Origin: Eledone cirrhosa
Lineage: Eukaryota
NCBI GenBank assembly: GCA_964016885.1
Contig: CAXHJY010000105.1
Location: 835,845-899,844 of the forward strand
Length of the DNA stretch: 64,000 nt
Direction: 5' to 3'
Under the pieces are notes generated by a model. That model made no database searches, had not been told where the DNA came from, and saw only the letters and a program-made list of their open reading frames with translations. A program made the position numbers and the translations under genes. Positions within the stretch are counted from its first letter, which is position 1, and each line of letters begins with the position of its first letter. Positions 14,501-26,100 of the stretch are shown in pieces.

Positions 14501-17500
14501 ACAGGAGAGGTGTGGTGTCCACCTTTCCATACCTGTATACACAGGTATGACAGGAGAGGTGTGGTGCCCACCTTTCCATACCTGTATACACAGCTAAGAC
14601 AGGAGAGGTGTGGTGTCCACCTTTCCATACCTGTATACACAGGTAAGACAGGAGAGGTGTGGAGTCCACCTTTCCATACCTGTATACACAGCTAAGACAG
14701 GAGAGGTGTGGTGTCCACCTTTCCATACCTGTATATACAGGTAAGACAGGAGAGGTGTGGTGTCCACCTTTCCATACCTGTATACACAGGTAAGACAGGA
14801 GAGGTGTGGTGTCCACCTTTCCATACCTGTATACACAGGTAAGACAGGAGAGGTGTGGAGTCCACCTTTCCATACCTGTATACACAGGTAAGACAGGAGA
14901 GGTGTGGTGTCCACCTTTCCATACCTGTATACACAGGTATGACAGGAGAGGTGTGGTGTCCACCTTTCCATACCTGTATACACAGGTAAGACAGGAGAGG
15001 TGTGGTGTCCACCTTTCCATACCTGTATACACAGGTATGACAGGAGAGGTGTGGTGCCCACCTTTCCATACCTGTATACACAGCTAAGACAGGAGAGGTG
15101 TGGTGTCCACCTTTCCATACCTGTATACACAGGTAAGACAGGAGAGGTGTGGAGTCCACCTTTCCATACCTGTATACACAGCTAAGACAGGAGAGGTGTG
15201 GTGTCCACCTTTCCATACCTGTATACACAGGTAAGACAGGAGAGGTGTGGTGTCCACCTTTCCATACCTGTATACACAGGTAAGACAGGAGAGGTGTGGT
15301 GTCCACCTTTCCATATCTGTATACACAGGTAAGACAGGAGAGGTGTGGAGTCCACCTTTCCATACCTGTATACACAGGTAAGACAGGAGAGGTGTGGTGT
15401 CCACCTTTCCATACCTGTATACACAGCTAAGACATGAGAGGTGTGGTGTCCACCTTTCCATACCTGTATACACAGGTAAGACAGGGGAGGTGTGGAGTCC
15501 ACCTTTCCATACCTGTATACACAGGTAAGACAGGAGAGGTGTGGAGTCCACCTTTCCATACCTGTATACACAGGTAAGACAGGAGAGGTGTGGTGTCCAC
15601 CTTTCCATACCTGTATACACAGGTATGACAGGAGAGGTGTGGTGTCCACCTTTCCATACCTGTATACACAGGTAAGACAGGAGAGGTGTGGTGTCCACCT
15701 TTCCATACCTGTATACACAGGTATGACAGGAGAGGTGTGGTGTCCACCTTTCCATACCTGTATACACAGGTATGACAGGAGAGGTGTGGTGTCCACCTTT
15801 CCATACCTGTATACACAGCTAAGACAGGAGAGGTGTGGAGTCCACCTTTCCATACCTGTATACACAGGTAAGACAGGAGAGGTGTGGTGTCCACCTTTCC
15901 ATACCTGTATACACAGGTAAGACAGGAGAGGTGTGGAGTCCACCTTTCCATACCTGTATACACAGGTAAGACAAGAGAGGTGTGGTGTCCACCTTTCCAT
16001 ACCTGTATACACAGGTAAGACAGGAGAGGTGTGGCGTCCACCTTTCCATACCTGTATACACAGGTAAGACAGGAGAGGTGTGGTGACCACCTTTACATAC
16101 CTGTATACACAGGTAAGACAGGAGAGGTGTGGTGTCCACCTTTCCATACCTGTATACACAGCTAAGACAGGAGAGGTGTGGTGTCCACCTTTCCATACCT
16201 GTATACACAGGTAAGACAGGAGAGGTGTGGTGTCCACCTTTCCATACCTGTATACACAGGTATGACAGGAGAGGTGTGGTGCCCACCTTTCCATACCTGT
16301 ATACACAGCTAAGACAGGAGAGGTGTGGTGTCCACCTTTCCATACCTGTATACACAGGTAAGACAGGAGAGGTGTGGAGTCCACCTTTCCATACCTGTAT
16401 ACACAGGTATGACAGGAGAGGTGTGGTGCCCACCTTTCCATACCTGTATACACAGCTAAGACAGGAGAGGTGTGGTGTCCACCTTTCCATACCTGTATAC
16501 ACAGGTAAGACAGGAGAGGTGTGGTGTCCACCTTTCCATACCTGTATACACAGGTAAGACAGGAGAGGTGTGGAGTCCACCTTTCCATACCTGTATACAC
16601 AGGTAAGACAGGAGAGGTGTGGTGTCCACCTTTCCATACCTGTATACACAGGTATGACAGGAGAGGTGTGGTGTCCACCTTTCCATACCTGTATACACAG
16701 GTAAGACAGGAGAGGTGTGGTGTCCACCTTTCCATACCTGTATACACAGGTATGACAGGAGAGGTGTGGTGTCCACCTTTCCATACTTGTATACACAGGT
16801 ATGACAGGAGAGGTGTGGTGTCCACCTTTCCATACCTGTATACACAGGTAAGACAGGAGAGGTGTGGTGTCCACCTTTCCATACCTGTATACACAGCTAA
16901 GACAGGAGAGGTGTGGTGTCCACCTTTCCATACCTGTATACACAGGTAAGACAGGGGAGGTGTGGAGTCCACCTTTCCATACCTGTATACACAGGTAAGA
17001 CAGGAGAGGTGTGGAGTCCACCTTTCCATACCTGTATACACAGGTAAGACAGGAGAGGTGTGGTGTCCACCTTTCCATACCTGTATACACAGGTATGACA
17101 GGAGAGGTGTGGTGTCCACCTTTCCATACCTGTATACACAGGTAAGACAGGAGAGGTGTGGTGTCCACCTTTCCATACCTGTATACACAGGTATGACAGG
17201 AGAGGTGTGGTGTCCACCTTTCCATACCTGTATACACAGGTATGACAGGAGAGGTGTGGTGTCCACCTTTCCATACCTGTATACACAGGTAAGACAGGAG
17301 AGGTGTGGTGTCCACCTTTCCATACCTGTATACACAGCTAAGACAGGAGAGGTGTGGTGTCCACCTTTCCATACCTGTATACACAGGTAAGACAGGGGAG
17401 GTGTGGAGTCCACCTTTCCATACCTGTATACACAGGTAAGACAGGAGAGGTGTGGTGTCCACCTTTCCATACCTGTATACACAGGTAAGACAGGAGAGGT

Positions 17501-17897
17501 GTGGTGTCCACCTTTCCATACCTGTATACACAGCTAAGACAGGAGAGGTGTGGAGTCCACCTTTCCATACCTGTATACACAGGTAAGACAGGAGAGGTGT
17601 GGTGTCCACCTTTCCATACCTGTATACACAGGTAAGACAAGAGAGGTGTGGAGTCCACCTTTCCATACCTGTATACACAGGTAAGACAGGAGAGGTGTGG
17701 TGTCCACCTTTCCATACCTGTATACACAGGTAAGACAGGAGAGGTGTGGAGTCCACCTTTCCATACCTGTATACACAGGTAAGACAAGAGAGGTGTGGAG
17801 TCCACCTTTCCATACCTGTATACACAGGTAAGACAGGAGAGGTGTGGTGTCCACCTTTCCATACCTGTATACACAGGTAAAACAGAAATGGTGTGGT
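11574..17897. repeat. Minisatellite C, 49-bp unit GTGTGGTGTCCACCTTTCCATACCTGTATACACAGGTAAGACAGGAGAG
   Basis: About 128 highly homogeneous units; a few 47-bp variants at ~13136-13330; a degenerate terminal unit blends into the flank at 17881-17897. Confidence 0.98.
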
Positions 17898-18324
17898 AGG
17901 CTATCAAAACCATAATCAATAAAGTACATCGTTATAAACAAGTGGTCATCAATCAGTTCAATCCATTTGCCAATATTTTAACCCAATATTTTCCTGGTGA
18001 GATTTCAGTCCATAACCTTTCATTTCTATAATCCTTATTGATTATTTTAAAATTTAATTTTTTCATATTCAATAATAAAAAATATTGATTTAACCCTTTT
18101 TACATTATATATACTATTGTATTTTGGGGGTAAAGGCTTTATCTCGCATAATATTGAATCTATGACATTTTGATATTTATTTTGAGAATAATACCTTAAT
18201 GTGGGTATGAGTAGCCGGTTATGGTCGGTTTATATGCTAAAATTTTTCTTTTAAATGTAATCTTCGCATTTTGATATTATAAAACAAAAAACAAAAACAC
18301 AGTCCACGCTGTAATGTGGCTGTG

Positions 18325-18530
18325 TAGGTAACCCGGTAAAAACCTCCCAGTTCCACACTGTAAATGTGGATGGTGTTAGGAAGGGCATCCAGCTGGAGAA
18401 AACCTGCTAGATAGTCCTATATGAGCGAGACACGGTCACCCGACCTACCTTGCCTCAAGTGGGACAACTCCCGTCTAACTCATGCTAGCGTGGAAGATGG
18501 ACATTAAACAAAGATGATGATGATGATGAT
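18325..18530 (+). mobile_element. SINE-like retroposon 3' part, family 1, ending in (GAT)n
   Basis: CCCAGTTCCACACTGTAAATGTGGATGGTGTTAGGAAGGGCATCCAGCTG core and GATGATGATGATGATGAT tail; two other copies in the window on the opposite strand. Confidence 0.75.
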
Positions 18531-18640
18531 TTTTGATAATCTTCCATAGTTAAAGTTGCTGTCAGACAACCAATGTGACCAGTGTTTGGCAGTTGTACCA
18601 ATAAAAATAAAGAAAGTCAGGGTTTTTTTAAAAATCCACG

Positions 18641-18938
18641 TTAACCCTTTAGCATTTAAACCAGCTATCATACAACCATTTAGCATTTAAACCAGCTATC
18701 ATACAACCCTTTAGCATTTAAACCAGCTATCATACAACCCTTTAGCATTTAAACCAGCTATCATACAACCCTTTAGCATTTAAACCAGCTATCATACAAC
18801 CCTTTAGCATTTAAACCAGCTATCATACAAAAGTTAAGGTATTGTTCTCAAAATAAATAATATCAAAATCTCATAGGTGCAATAGTATGTGAGAAAGTGT
18901 TTACTGTGAAAATACAATAGTAAATGCTAATGGGTTAA
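18641..18938. mobile_element. Non-autonomous piggyBac-like MITE with TTAA target duplication; left end amplified as 6 x 31-bp tandem repeat
   Basis: TTAA|CCCTTTAGCATTTA ... TAAATGCTAATGGG|TTAA (14-bp TIR, 1 mismatch); unit AACCCTTTAGCATTTAAACCAGCTATCATAC repeated at 18643-18830. Confidence 0.85.
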
Positions 18939-19032
18939 TATAAATAAATGCCTGAACGTCACCAAATGTCCCCCCCCCCTCCCTATATAAGCAGCGTAAC
19001 ATAAATAGGTTTGTCATCACTATGTCACCTAC

Positions 19033-19141
19033 CTGGACACCTACACAGCCACTGACTGCTTAAGCAATCACTTTTGTCTGTGTTCTGGTAATCTCTAAAA
19101 CCAAATTCTTTTAGTGACAGGAATCCAATGTGTTCTCCTCT
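19033..19141 (-). other. Candidate exon (strong splice signals, product unknown)
   Basis: Minus strand: TCTCTCTCTTTTTCTCTCCCAG acceptor and CAG|GTAGGT donor; 109 nt; one open frame (RGEHIGFLSLKEFGFRDYQNTDKSDCLSSQWLCRCP). Confidence 0.3.
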
Positions 19142-19260
19142 CTGGGAGAGAAAAAGAGAGAGACCAATTTTTGGAATTGGGATTTTCTGGAAATTTCCAA
19201 CACACAAAAAAAAAAGCCTGCAAAATAAATAAACAAACAAATAAACAAACAAATTAAATA

Positions 19261-19553
19261 ATGGTTTCTGATTTAGGCACAAGGCCAGCAATTTGTGGAG
19301 GGGAAGTCACTTAAATCAACCCCAGTGTGTTACTGGTACTATATTTTGTTAAAATGGTTTCTGATTTAGGTAATGGCTGACATTTTTGAAGGAGGGGAAA
19401 TTTGATTAAATCGACCCCAGTGCATTCCAGGTACTTTATTTTATTAACAAAAGCAAACTTCAGCGGGATTGAAGTTCAAAATGTAAAAGGACATAACTCT
19501 ATACCACAAAGCATTTTGTCCGACACTACCAATTATTGCTAATCTACCGACCT
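19261..19553 (-). mobile_element. SINE-like element, family 2, with tandemly duplicated 3' end
   Basis: Two successive copies of ATGGTTTCTGATTTAGG...TTAAATC(A/G)ACCCCAGTG...GGTACT; the reverse complement matches 46520-46698 (AATTGCTGGCCTTGTGCC, AGTACCAG). Confidence 0.7.
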
Positions 19554-19621
19554 AAACAAAGTAAATAATAGCACAAAAATATATTAAACACAAATTTAAA
19601 TAACAAAATATATTTTATATG

Positions 19622-20035
19622 TTTTCATGGTACCAAGACACCTGAACAGCTTTTGATGGTACCAAGACACCTGAACAGCTTTTGATGGTACCAAGACACC
19701 TGAACCGCTTCTGATGGTACCAAGACACCTGAACAGCTTCTGATGGTACCAAGACACCTGAACAGCTTTTGATGGTACCAAGACACCTGAACAGCTTTTG
19801 ATGGTACCAAGACACCTGAACAGCTTTTGATGGTACCAAGACACCTGAACAGCTTTTGATGGTACCAAGACACCTGAACAGCTTTTGATGGTACCAAGAC
19901 ACCTGAACAGCTTTTGATGGTACCAAGACACCTGAGCAGCTTCTGATGGTACCAAGACACCTGAGGAGCTTCTGATGGTACCAAGACACCTCAACAGCTT
20001 TTGATGGTACCAAGACACCTGAACAGCTTTTGATG
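19622..20035. repeat. Minisatellite D, 29-bp unit GATGGTACCAAGACACCTGAACAGCTTTT
   Basis: About 14 tandem copies, directly visible. Confidence 0.97.
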
Positions 20036-20112
20036 ATCTCAGTGAATAAATAATCTTCATTCAGAGCCTGGTGGTCTTTCAACAGTCAGTACATCTCGAG
20101 GACATACATAGA

Positions 20113-23100
20113 GAATGGTAGCTGTAGAGTGTGGAATGGTAGCTGTAGAGTGTGGAATGGTAACTGTAGAGTGTGGAATGGTAGCTGTAGAGTGTGGAAT
20201 GGTAGCTGTAGATTGTGGAATGGTATGTGTAGAGTGTGGAATGGTAACTGTAGAGTGTGGAATGGTAACTGTAGAGTGTGGAATGGTAGCTGTAGAGTGT
20301 GGAATGGTAACTGTAGAGTGTGGAATGGTAGCTGTAGAGTGTGGAATGGTAGCTGTAGAGTGTGGACTGGTAGCTGTAGAGTGTGGAATGGTAGCTGTAG
20401 AGTGTGGAATGGTAGTTGTAGAGTGTGGAATGGTAGCTGTAGAGTGTGGAATGGTAGCTGTAGAGTGTGGAATGGTAGCTGTAGAGTGTGGAATGGTAAC
20501 TGTAGAGTGTGGAATGGTAGCTGTAGAGTGTGGAATGGTAAAAGTAGAGTGTGGAATGGTAACTGTAGAGTGTGGAATGGTATGTGTAGAGTGTGGAATG
20601 GTATGTGTAGAGTGTGGAATGGTAGCTGTAGAGTGTGGAATGGTAACTGTAGAGTGTGGAATGGTAGCTGTAGAGTGTGGAATGGTAGCTGTAGAGTGTG
20701 GAATGGTAGCTGTAGAGTGTGGAATGGTAGCTGTAGAGTGTGGAATGGTAGCTGTAGAGTGTGGAATGGTAGCTGTAGAGTGTGGAATGGTAGCTGTAGA
20801 GTGTGGAATGGTAACTGTAGAGTGTGGAATGGTATGTGTAGAGTGTGGAATGGTAGCTGTAGAGTGTGGAATGGTAACTGTAGAGTGTGGAATGGTAGCT
20901 GTAGAGTGTGGAATGGTAGCTGGAGAGTGTGGAATGGTAGCTGTAGAGTGTGGAATGGTAGCTGTAGAGTGTGGAATGGTAGCTGTAGAGTGTGGAATGG
21001 TAGCTGTAGAGTGTGGAATGGTAGCTGTAGAGTGTGGAATGGTAACTGTAGAGTGTGGAATGGTATGTGTAGAGTGTGGAATGGTAGCTGTAGAGTGTGG
21101 AATGGTAACTGTAGAGTGTGGAATGGTAGCTGTAGAGTGTGGAATGGTAGCTGGAGAGTGTGGAATGGTAGCTGTAGAGTGTGGAATGGTATGTGTAGAG
21201 TGTGGAATTGTAGCTGTAGAGTGTGGAATGGTATGTGTAGAGTGTGAAATGGTAGCTGTAGAGTGTGGAATGGTATGTGTAGAGTGTGGAATGGTAACTG
21301 TAGAGTGTGGAATGGTAACTGTAGTGTGTGGAATGGTAACTGTAGTGTGTGGAATGGTAACAGTAGTGTGTGGAATGTTAACTTGTAGAGTGTGGAATGG
21401 TAACTTGTAGAGTGTGGAATGGTAACTGTAGAGTGTGGAATGGTAGCTGTAGAGTGTGGAATGGTAACTATAGAGTGTGGAATGGTAGCTGTAGAGTGTG
21501 GAATGGTAGCTGTAGAGTGTGGAATGGTAGCTGTAGAGTGTGGAATGGTAACTGTAGAGTGTGGAATGGTAGCTGTAGAGTGTGGAATGGTAGCTGTAGA
21601 GTGTGGAATGGTAACTGTAGAGTGTGGAATGGTAGCTGTAGAGTGTGGAATGGTAGCTGTAGAGTGTGGAATGATAACTAGAGTGTGGAATGGTAGCTGT
21701 AGATTGTAGAATGGTAGCTGTAGAGTGTGGAATGGTAGCTGTAGAGTGTGGAATGGTAGCTGTAGAGTGTGGAATGGTAACTGTAGAGTGTGGAATGGTA
21801 GGTGTAGAGTGTGGAATGGTAGCTGTAGAGTGTGGAATGGTAGCTGTAGAGTGTGGAATGGTAGCTGTAGAGTGTGGAATGGTAGCTGTAGAGTGTGGAA
21901 TGGTAGCTGTAGAGTGTGGAATGGTAATTGTAGAGTGTGGAATGGTAGCTGTAGAGTGTGGAATGGTAGCTGTAGAGTGTGGAATGGTAGCTGTAGAGTG
22001 TGGAATGGTAATTGTAGAGTGTGGAATGGTAGCTGTAGAGTGTGGAATGGTAGCTGTAGAGTGTGGAATGGTAATTGTAGAGTGTGGAATGGTAGCTGTA
22101 GAGTGTGGAATGGTAGCTGTAGAGTGTGGAATGGTAACTGTAGAGTGTGGAATGGTAACTGTAGAGTGTGGAATGGTAACTGTAGAGTGTGGAATGGTAG
22201 GTGTAGAGTGTGGAATGGTAGCTGTAGAGTGTGGAATGGTAACTGTAGAGTGTGGAATGGTAGCTGTAGAGTGTGGAATGGTAGGTGTAGAGTGTGGAAT
22301 GGTAGCTGTAGAGTGTGGAATGGTAACTGTAGAGTGTGGAATGGTAGCTGTAGAGTGTGGAATGGTAGCTGTAGAGTGTGGAATGGTAGCTGTAGAGTGT
22401 GGAATGGTAACTGTAGAGTGTGGAATGGTAACTGTAGAGTGTGGAATGGTAACTGTAGAGTGTGGAATGGTAGCTGTAGAGTGTGGAATGGTAACTGTAG
22501 AGTGTGGAATGGTAACTGTAGAGTGTGGAATGGTAGCTGTAGAGTGTGGAATGGTAGCTGTAGAGTGTGGAATGGTAATTGTAGAGTGTGGAATGGTAGC
22601 TGTAGAGTGTGGAATGGTAGCTGTAGAGTGTGGAATGGTAGCTGTAGAGTGTGGAATGGTAATTGTAGAGTGTGGAATGGTAGCTGTAGAGTGTGGAATG
22701 GTAGCTGTAGAGTGTGGAATGGTAATTGTAGAGTGTGGAATGGTAGCTGTAGAGTGTGGAATGGTAGCTGTAGAGTGTGGAATGGTAACTGTAGAGTGTG
22801 GAATGGTAACTGTAGAGTGTGGAATGGTAACTGTAGAGTATGGAATGGTAACTGTAGAGTGTGGAATGGTAGCTGTAGAGTGTGGAATGGTAACTGTAGA
22901 GTGTGGAATGGTAACTGTAGAGTGTGGAATGGTAACTGTAGAGTGTGGAATGGTAGCTGTAGAGTGTGGAATGGTAGGTGTAGAGTGTGGAATGGTAGCT
23001 GTAGAGTGTGGAATGGTAACTGTAGAGTGTGGAATGGTAACTGTAGAGTGTGGAATGGTAGCTGTAGAGTGTGGAATGGTAGGTGTAGAGTGTGGAATGG

Positions 23101-26100
23101 TAGCTGTAGAGTGTGGAATGGTAACTGTAGAGTGTGGAATGGTAGCTGTAGAGTGTGGAATGGTAGCTGTAGAGTGTGGAATGGTAACTGTAGAGTGTGG
23201 AATGGTAACTGTAGAGTGTGGAATGGTAACTGTAGAGTGTGGAATGGTAGCTGTAGAGTGTGGAATGGTAACTGTAGAGTGTGGAATGGTAACTGTAGAG
23301 TGTGGAATGGTAACTGTAGAGTGTGGAATGGTAGCTGTAGAGTGTGGAATGGTAGCTGTAGAGTGTGGAATGGTAACTGTAGAGTGTGGAATGGTAACTG
23401 TAGAGTGTGGAATGGTAGCTGTAGAGTGTGGAATGGTAGCTGTAGAGTGTGGAATGGTAACTGTAGAGTGTGGAATGGTAACTGTAGAGTGTGGAATGGT
23501 AGCTGTAGAGTGTGGAATGGTAGCTGTAGAGTGTGGAATGGTAGCTGTAGAGTGTGGAATGGTAACTGTAGAGTGTGGAATGGTAGGTGTAGAGTGTGGA
23601 ATGGTAGCTGTAGAGTGTGGAATGGTAGCTGTAGAGTGTGGAATGGTAACTGTAGAGTGTGGAATGGTAACTGTAGAGTGTGGAATGGTAGCTGTAGAGT
23701 GTGGAATGGTAACTGTAGAGTGTGGAATGGTAGCTGTAGAGTGTGGAATGGTAACTGTAGAGTGTGGAATGGTAGGTGTAGAGTGTGGAATGGTAGCTGT
23801 AGAGTGTGGAATGGTAGCTGTAGAGTGTGGAATGGTAACTGTAGAGTGTGGAATGGTAGGTGTAGAGTGTGGAATGGTAGCTGTAGAGTGTGGAATGGTA
23901 GCTGTAGAGTGTGGAATGGTAACTGTAGAGTGTGGAATGGTAGCTGTAGAGTGTGGAATGGTAACTGTAGAGTGTGGAATGGTAGCTGTAGAGTGTGGAA
24001 TGGTAGCTGTAGAGTGTGGAATGGTAGCTGTAGAGTGTGGAATGGTAGCTGTAGAGTGTGGAATGGTAACTGTAGAGTGTGGAATGGTAGCTGTAGAGTG
24101 TGGAATGGTAACTGTAGAGTGTGGAATGGTAGGTGTAGAGTGTGGAATGGTAGGTGTAGAGTGTGGAATGGTAGCTGTAGAGTGTGGAATGGTAACTGTA
24201 GAGTGTGGAATGGTAGCTGTAGAGTGTGGAATGGTAACTGTAGAGTGTGGAATGGTAACTGTAGAGTGTGGAATGGCAGCTGTAGAGTGTGAAATGGTAG
24301 CTGTAGTGTGTGGAATGGTATGTGTAGAGTGTGGAATGGTAACTGTAGAGTGTGGAATGGTAACTGTAGAGTGTGGAATGGTAGCTGTAGAGTGTGGAAT
24401 GGTAGCTGTAGAGTGAGGAATGGTAGCTGTAGAGTGAGGAATGGTAGCTGTAGAGTGTGGAATGGTAACTGTAGAGTGTGGAATGGTAACTGTAGAGTGA
24501 GGAATGGTAGCTGTAGAGTGTGGAATGGTAGCTGTAGAGTGAGGAATGGTAGCTGTAGAGTGAGGAATGGTAGCTGTAGAGTGTGGAATGGTAACTGTAG
24601 AGTGTGGAATGGTAGCTGTAGAGTGTGGAATGGTAACTGTAGAGTGTGGAATGGTAGCTGTAGAGTGAGGAATGGTAGCTGTAGAGTGTGGAATGGTAAC
24701 TGTAGAGTGTGGAATGGTAGCTGTAGAGTGAGGAATGGTAGCTGTAGAGTGTGGAATGGTAGGTGTAGAGTGTGGAATGGTAGCTGTAGAGTGTGGAATG
24801 GTAACTGTAGAGTGTGGAATGGTAACTGTAGAGTGTGGAATGGTAGCTGTAGAGTGTGGAATGGTAGGTGTAGAGTGTGGAATGGTAGCTGTAGAGTGTG
24901 GAATGGTAACTGTAGAGTGTGGAATGGTAACTGTAGAGTGTGGAATGGTAGCTGTAGAGTGTGGAATGGTAGGTGTAGAGTGTGGAATGGTAGCTGTAGA
25001 GTGTGGAATGGTAACTGTAGAGTGTGGAATGGTAGCTGTAGAGTGTGGAATGGTAGCTGTAGAGTGTGGAATGGTAACTGTAGAGTGTGGAATGGTAGCT
25101 GTAGAGTGTGGAATGGTAAAAGTAGAGTGTGGAATGGTAACTGTAGAGTGTGGAATGGTAGCTGTAGATTGTAGAATGGTAGCTGTAGAGTGTGGAATGG
25201 TAACTAGAGTGTGGAATGGTAACTGTAGAGTGTGGAATGGTAGCTGTAGAGTGTGGAATGGTAGCTGTAGAGTGTGGAATGGTAACTGTAGAGTGTGGAA
25301 TGGTAGGTGTAGAGTGTGGAATGGTAGCTGTAGAGTGTGGAATGGTAGCTGTAGAGTGTGGAATGGTAACTGTGGAGTGTGGAATGGTAGCTGTAGAGTG
25401 TGGAATGGTAGCTGTAGAGTGTGGAATGGTAGCTGTAGAGTGTGGAATGGTAGCTGTAGAGTGTGGAATGGTAACTGTAGAGTGTGGAATGGTAGCTGTA
25501 GAGTGTGGAATGGTAACTGTAGTGTGGAATGGCAGCTGTAGAGTGTGGAATGGTAACTGTAGAGTGTGAAATGGTAGCTGTAGAGTGTGGAATGGTAGCT
25601 GTCAAGTGTGGAATGGTAGCTGTAGAGTGTAGAATGGTAACTGTAGAGTGTGGAATGGTAGCTGTAGAGTGTGGAATGGTAGCTGTAGAGTGTGGAATGG
25701 TAGCTGTAGAGTGTGGGATCGTATGTGTAGAGTGTGGAATGGTAGCTGTAGAGTGTGGAATGGTATGTGTAGAGTGTGGAATGGTAACTGTAGAGTGTGG
25801 AATGGTAACTGTAGAGTGTGGAATGGTAGCTGTAGATTGTAGAATGGTAACTGTAGAGTGTGGAATGGTAGCTGTAGAGTGTGGAATGGTAACTGTAGAG
25901 TGTGGAATGGTAACTGTAGAGTGTGGAATGGTAACTGTAGAGTGTGGAATGGTAGCTGTAGAGTGTGGAATGGTAGCTGTAGAGTGTGGAATGGTAGCTG
26001 TAGAGTGTGGAATGGTAACTGTAGAGTGTGGAATGGTAACTGTAGAGTGTGGAATGGTAGCTGTAGAGTGTGGAATGGTAGCTGTAGAGTGTGGAATGGT

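Noticed and set aside
11574-17897. Derivation of the 49-bp unit from the adjacent SINE 48-bp unit
   Set aside because: Despite adjacency and similar length, the alignment needs multiple gaps and is unconvincing.
11478-17941. Long Cys/His-rich ORFs (MYTGMERWTPHLSC...) in the 49-bp array
   Set aside because: All three minus frames give the same cyclic peptide because 49 is not a multiple of 3 and stops are rare; this is a tandem-repeat artefact.
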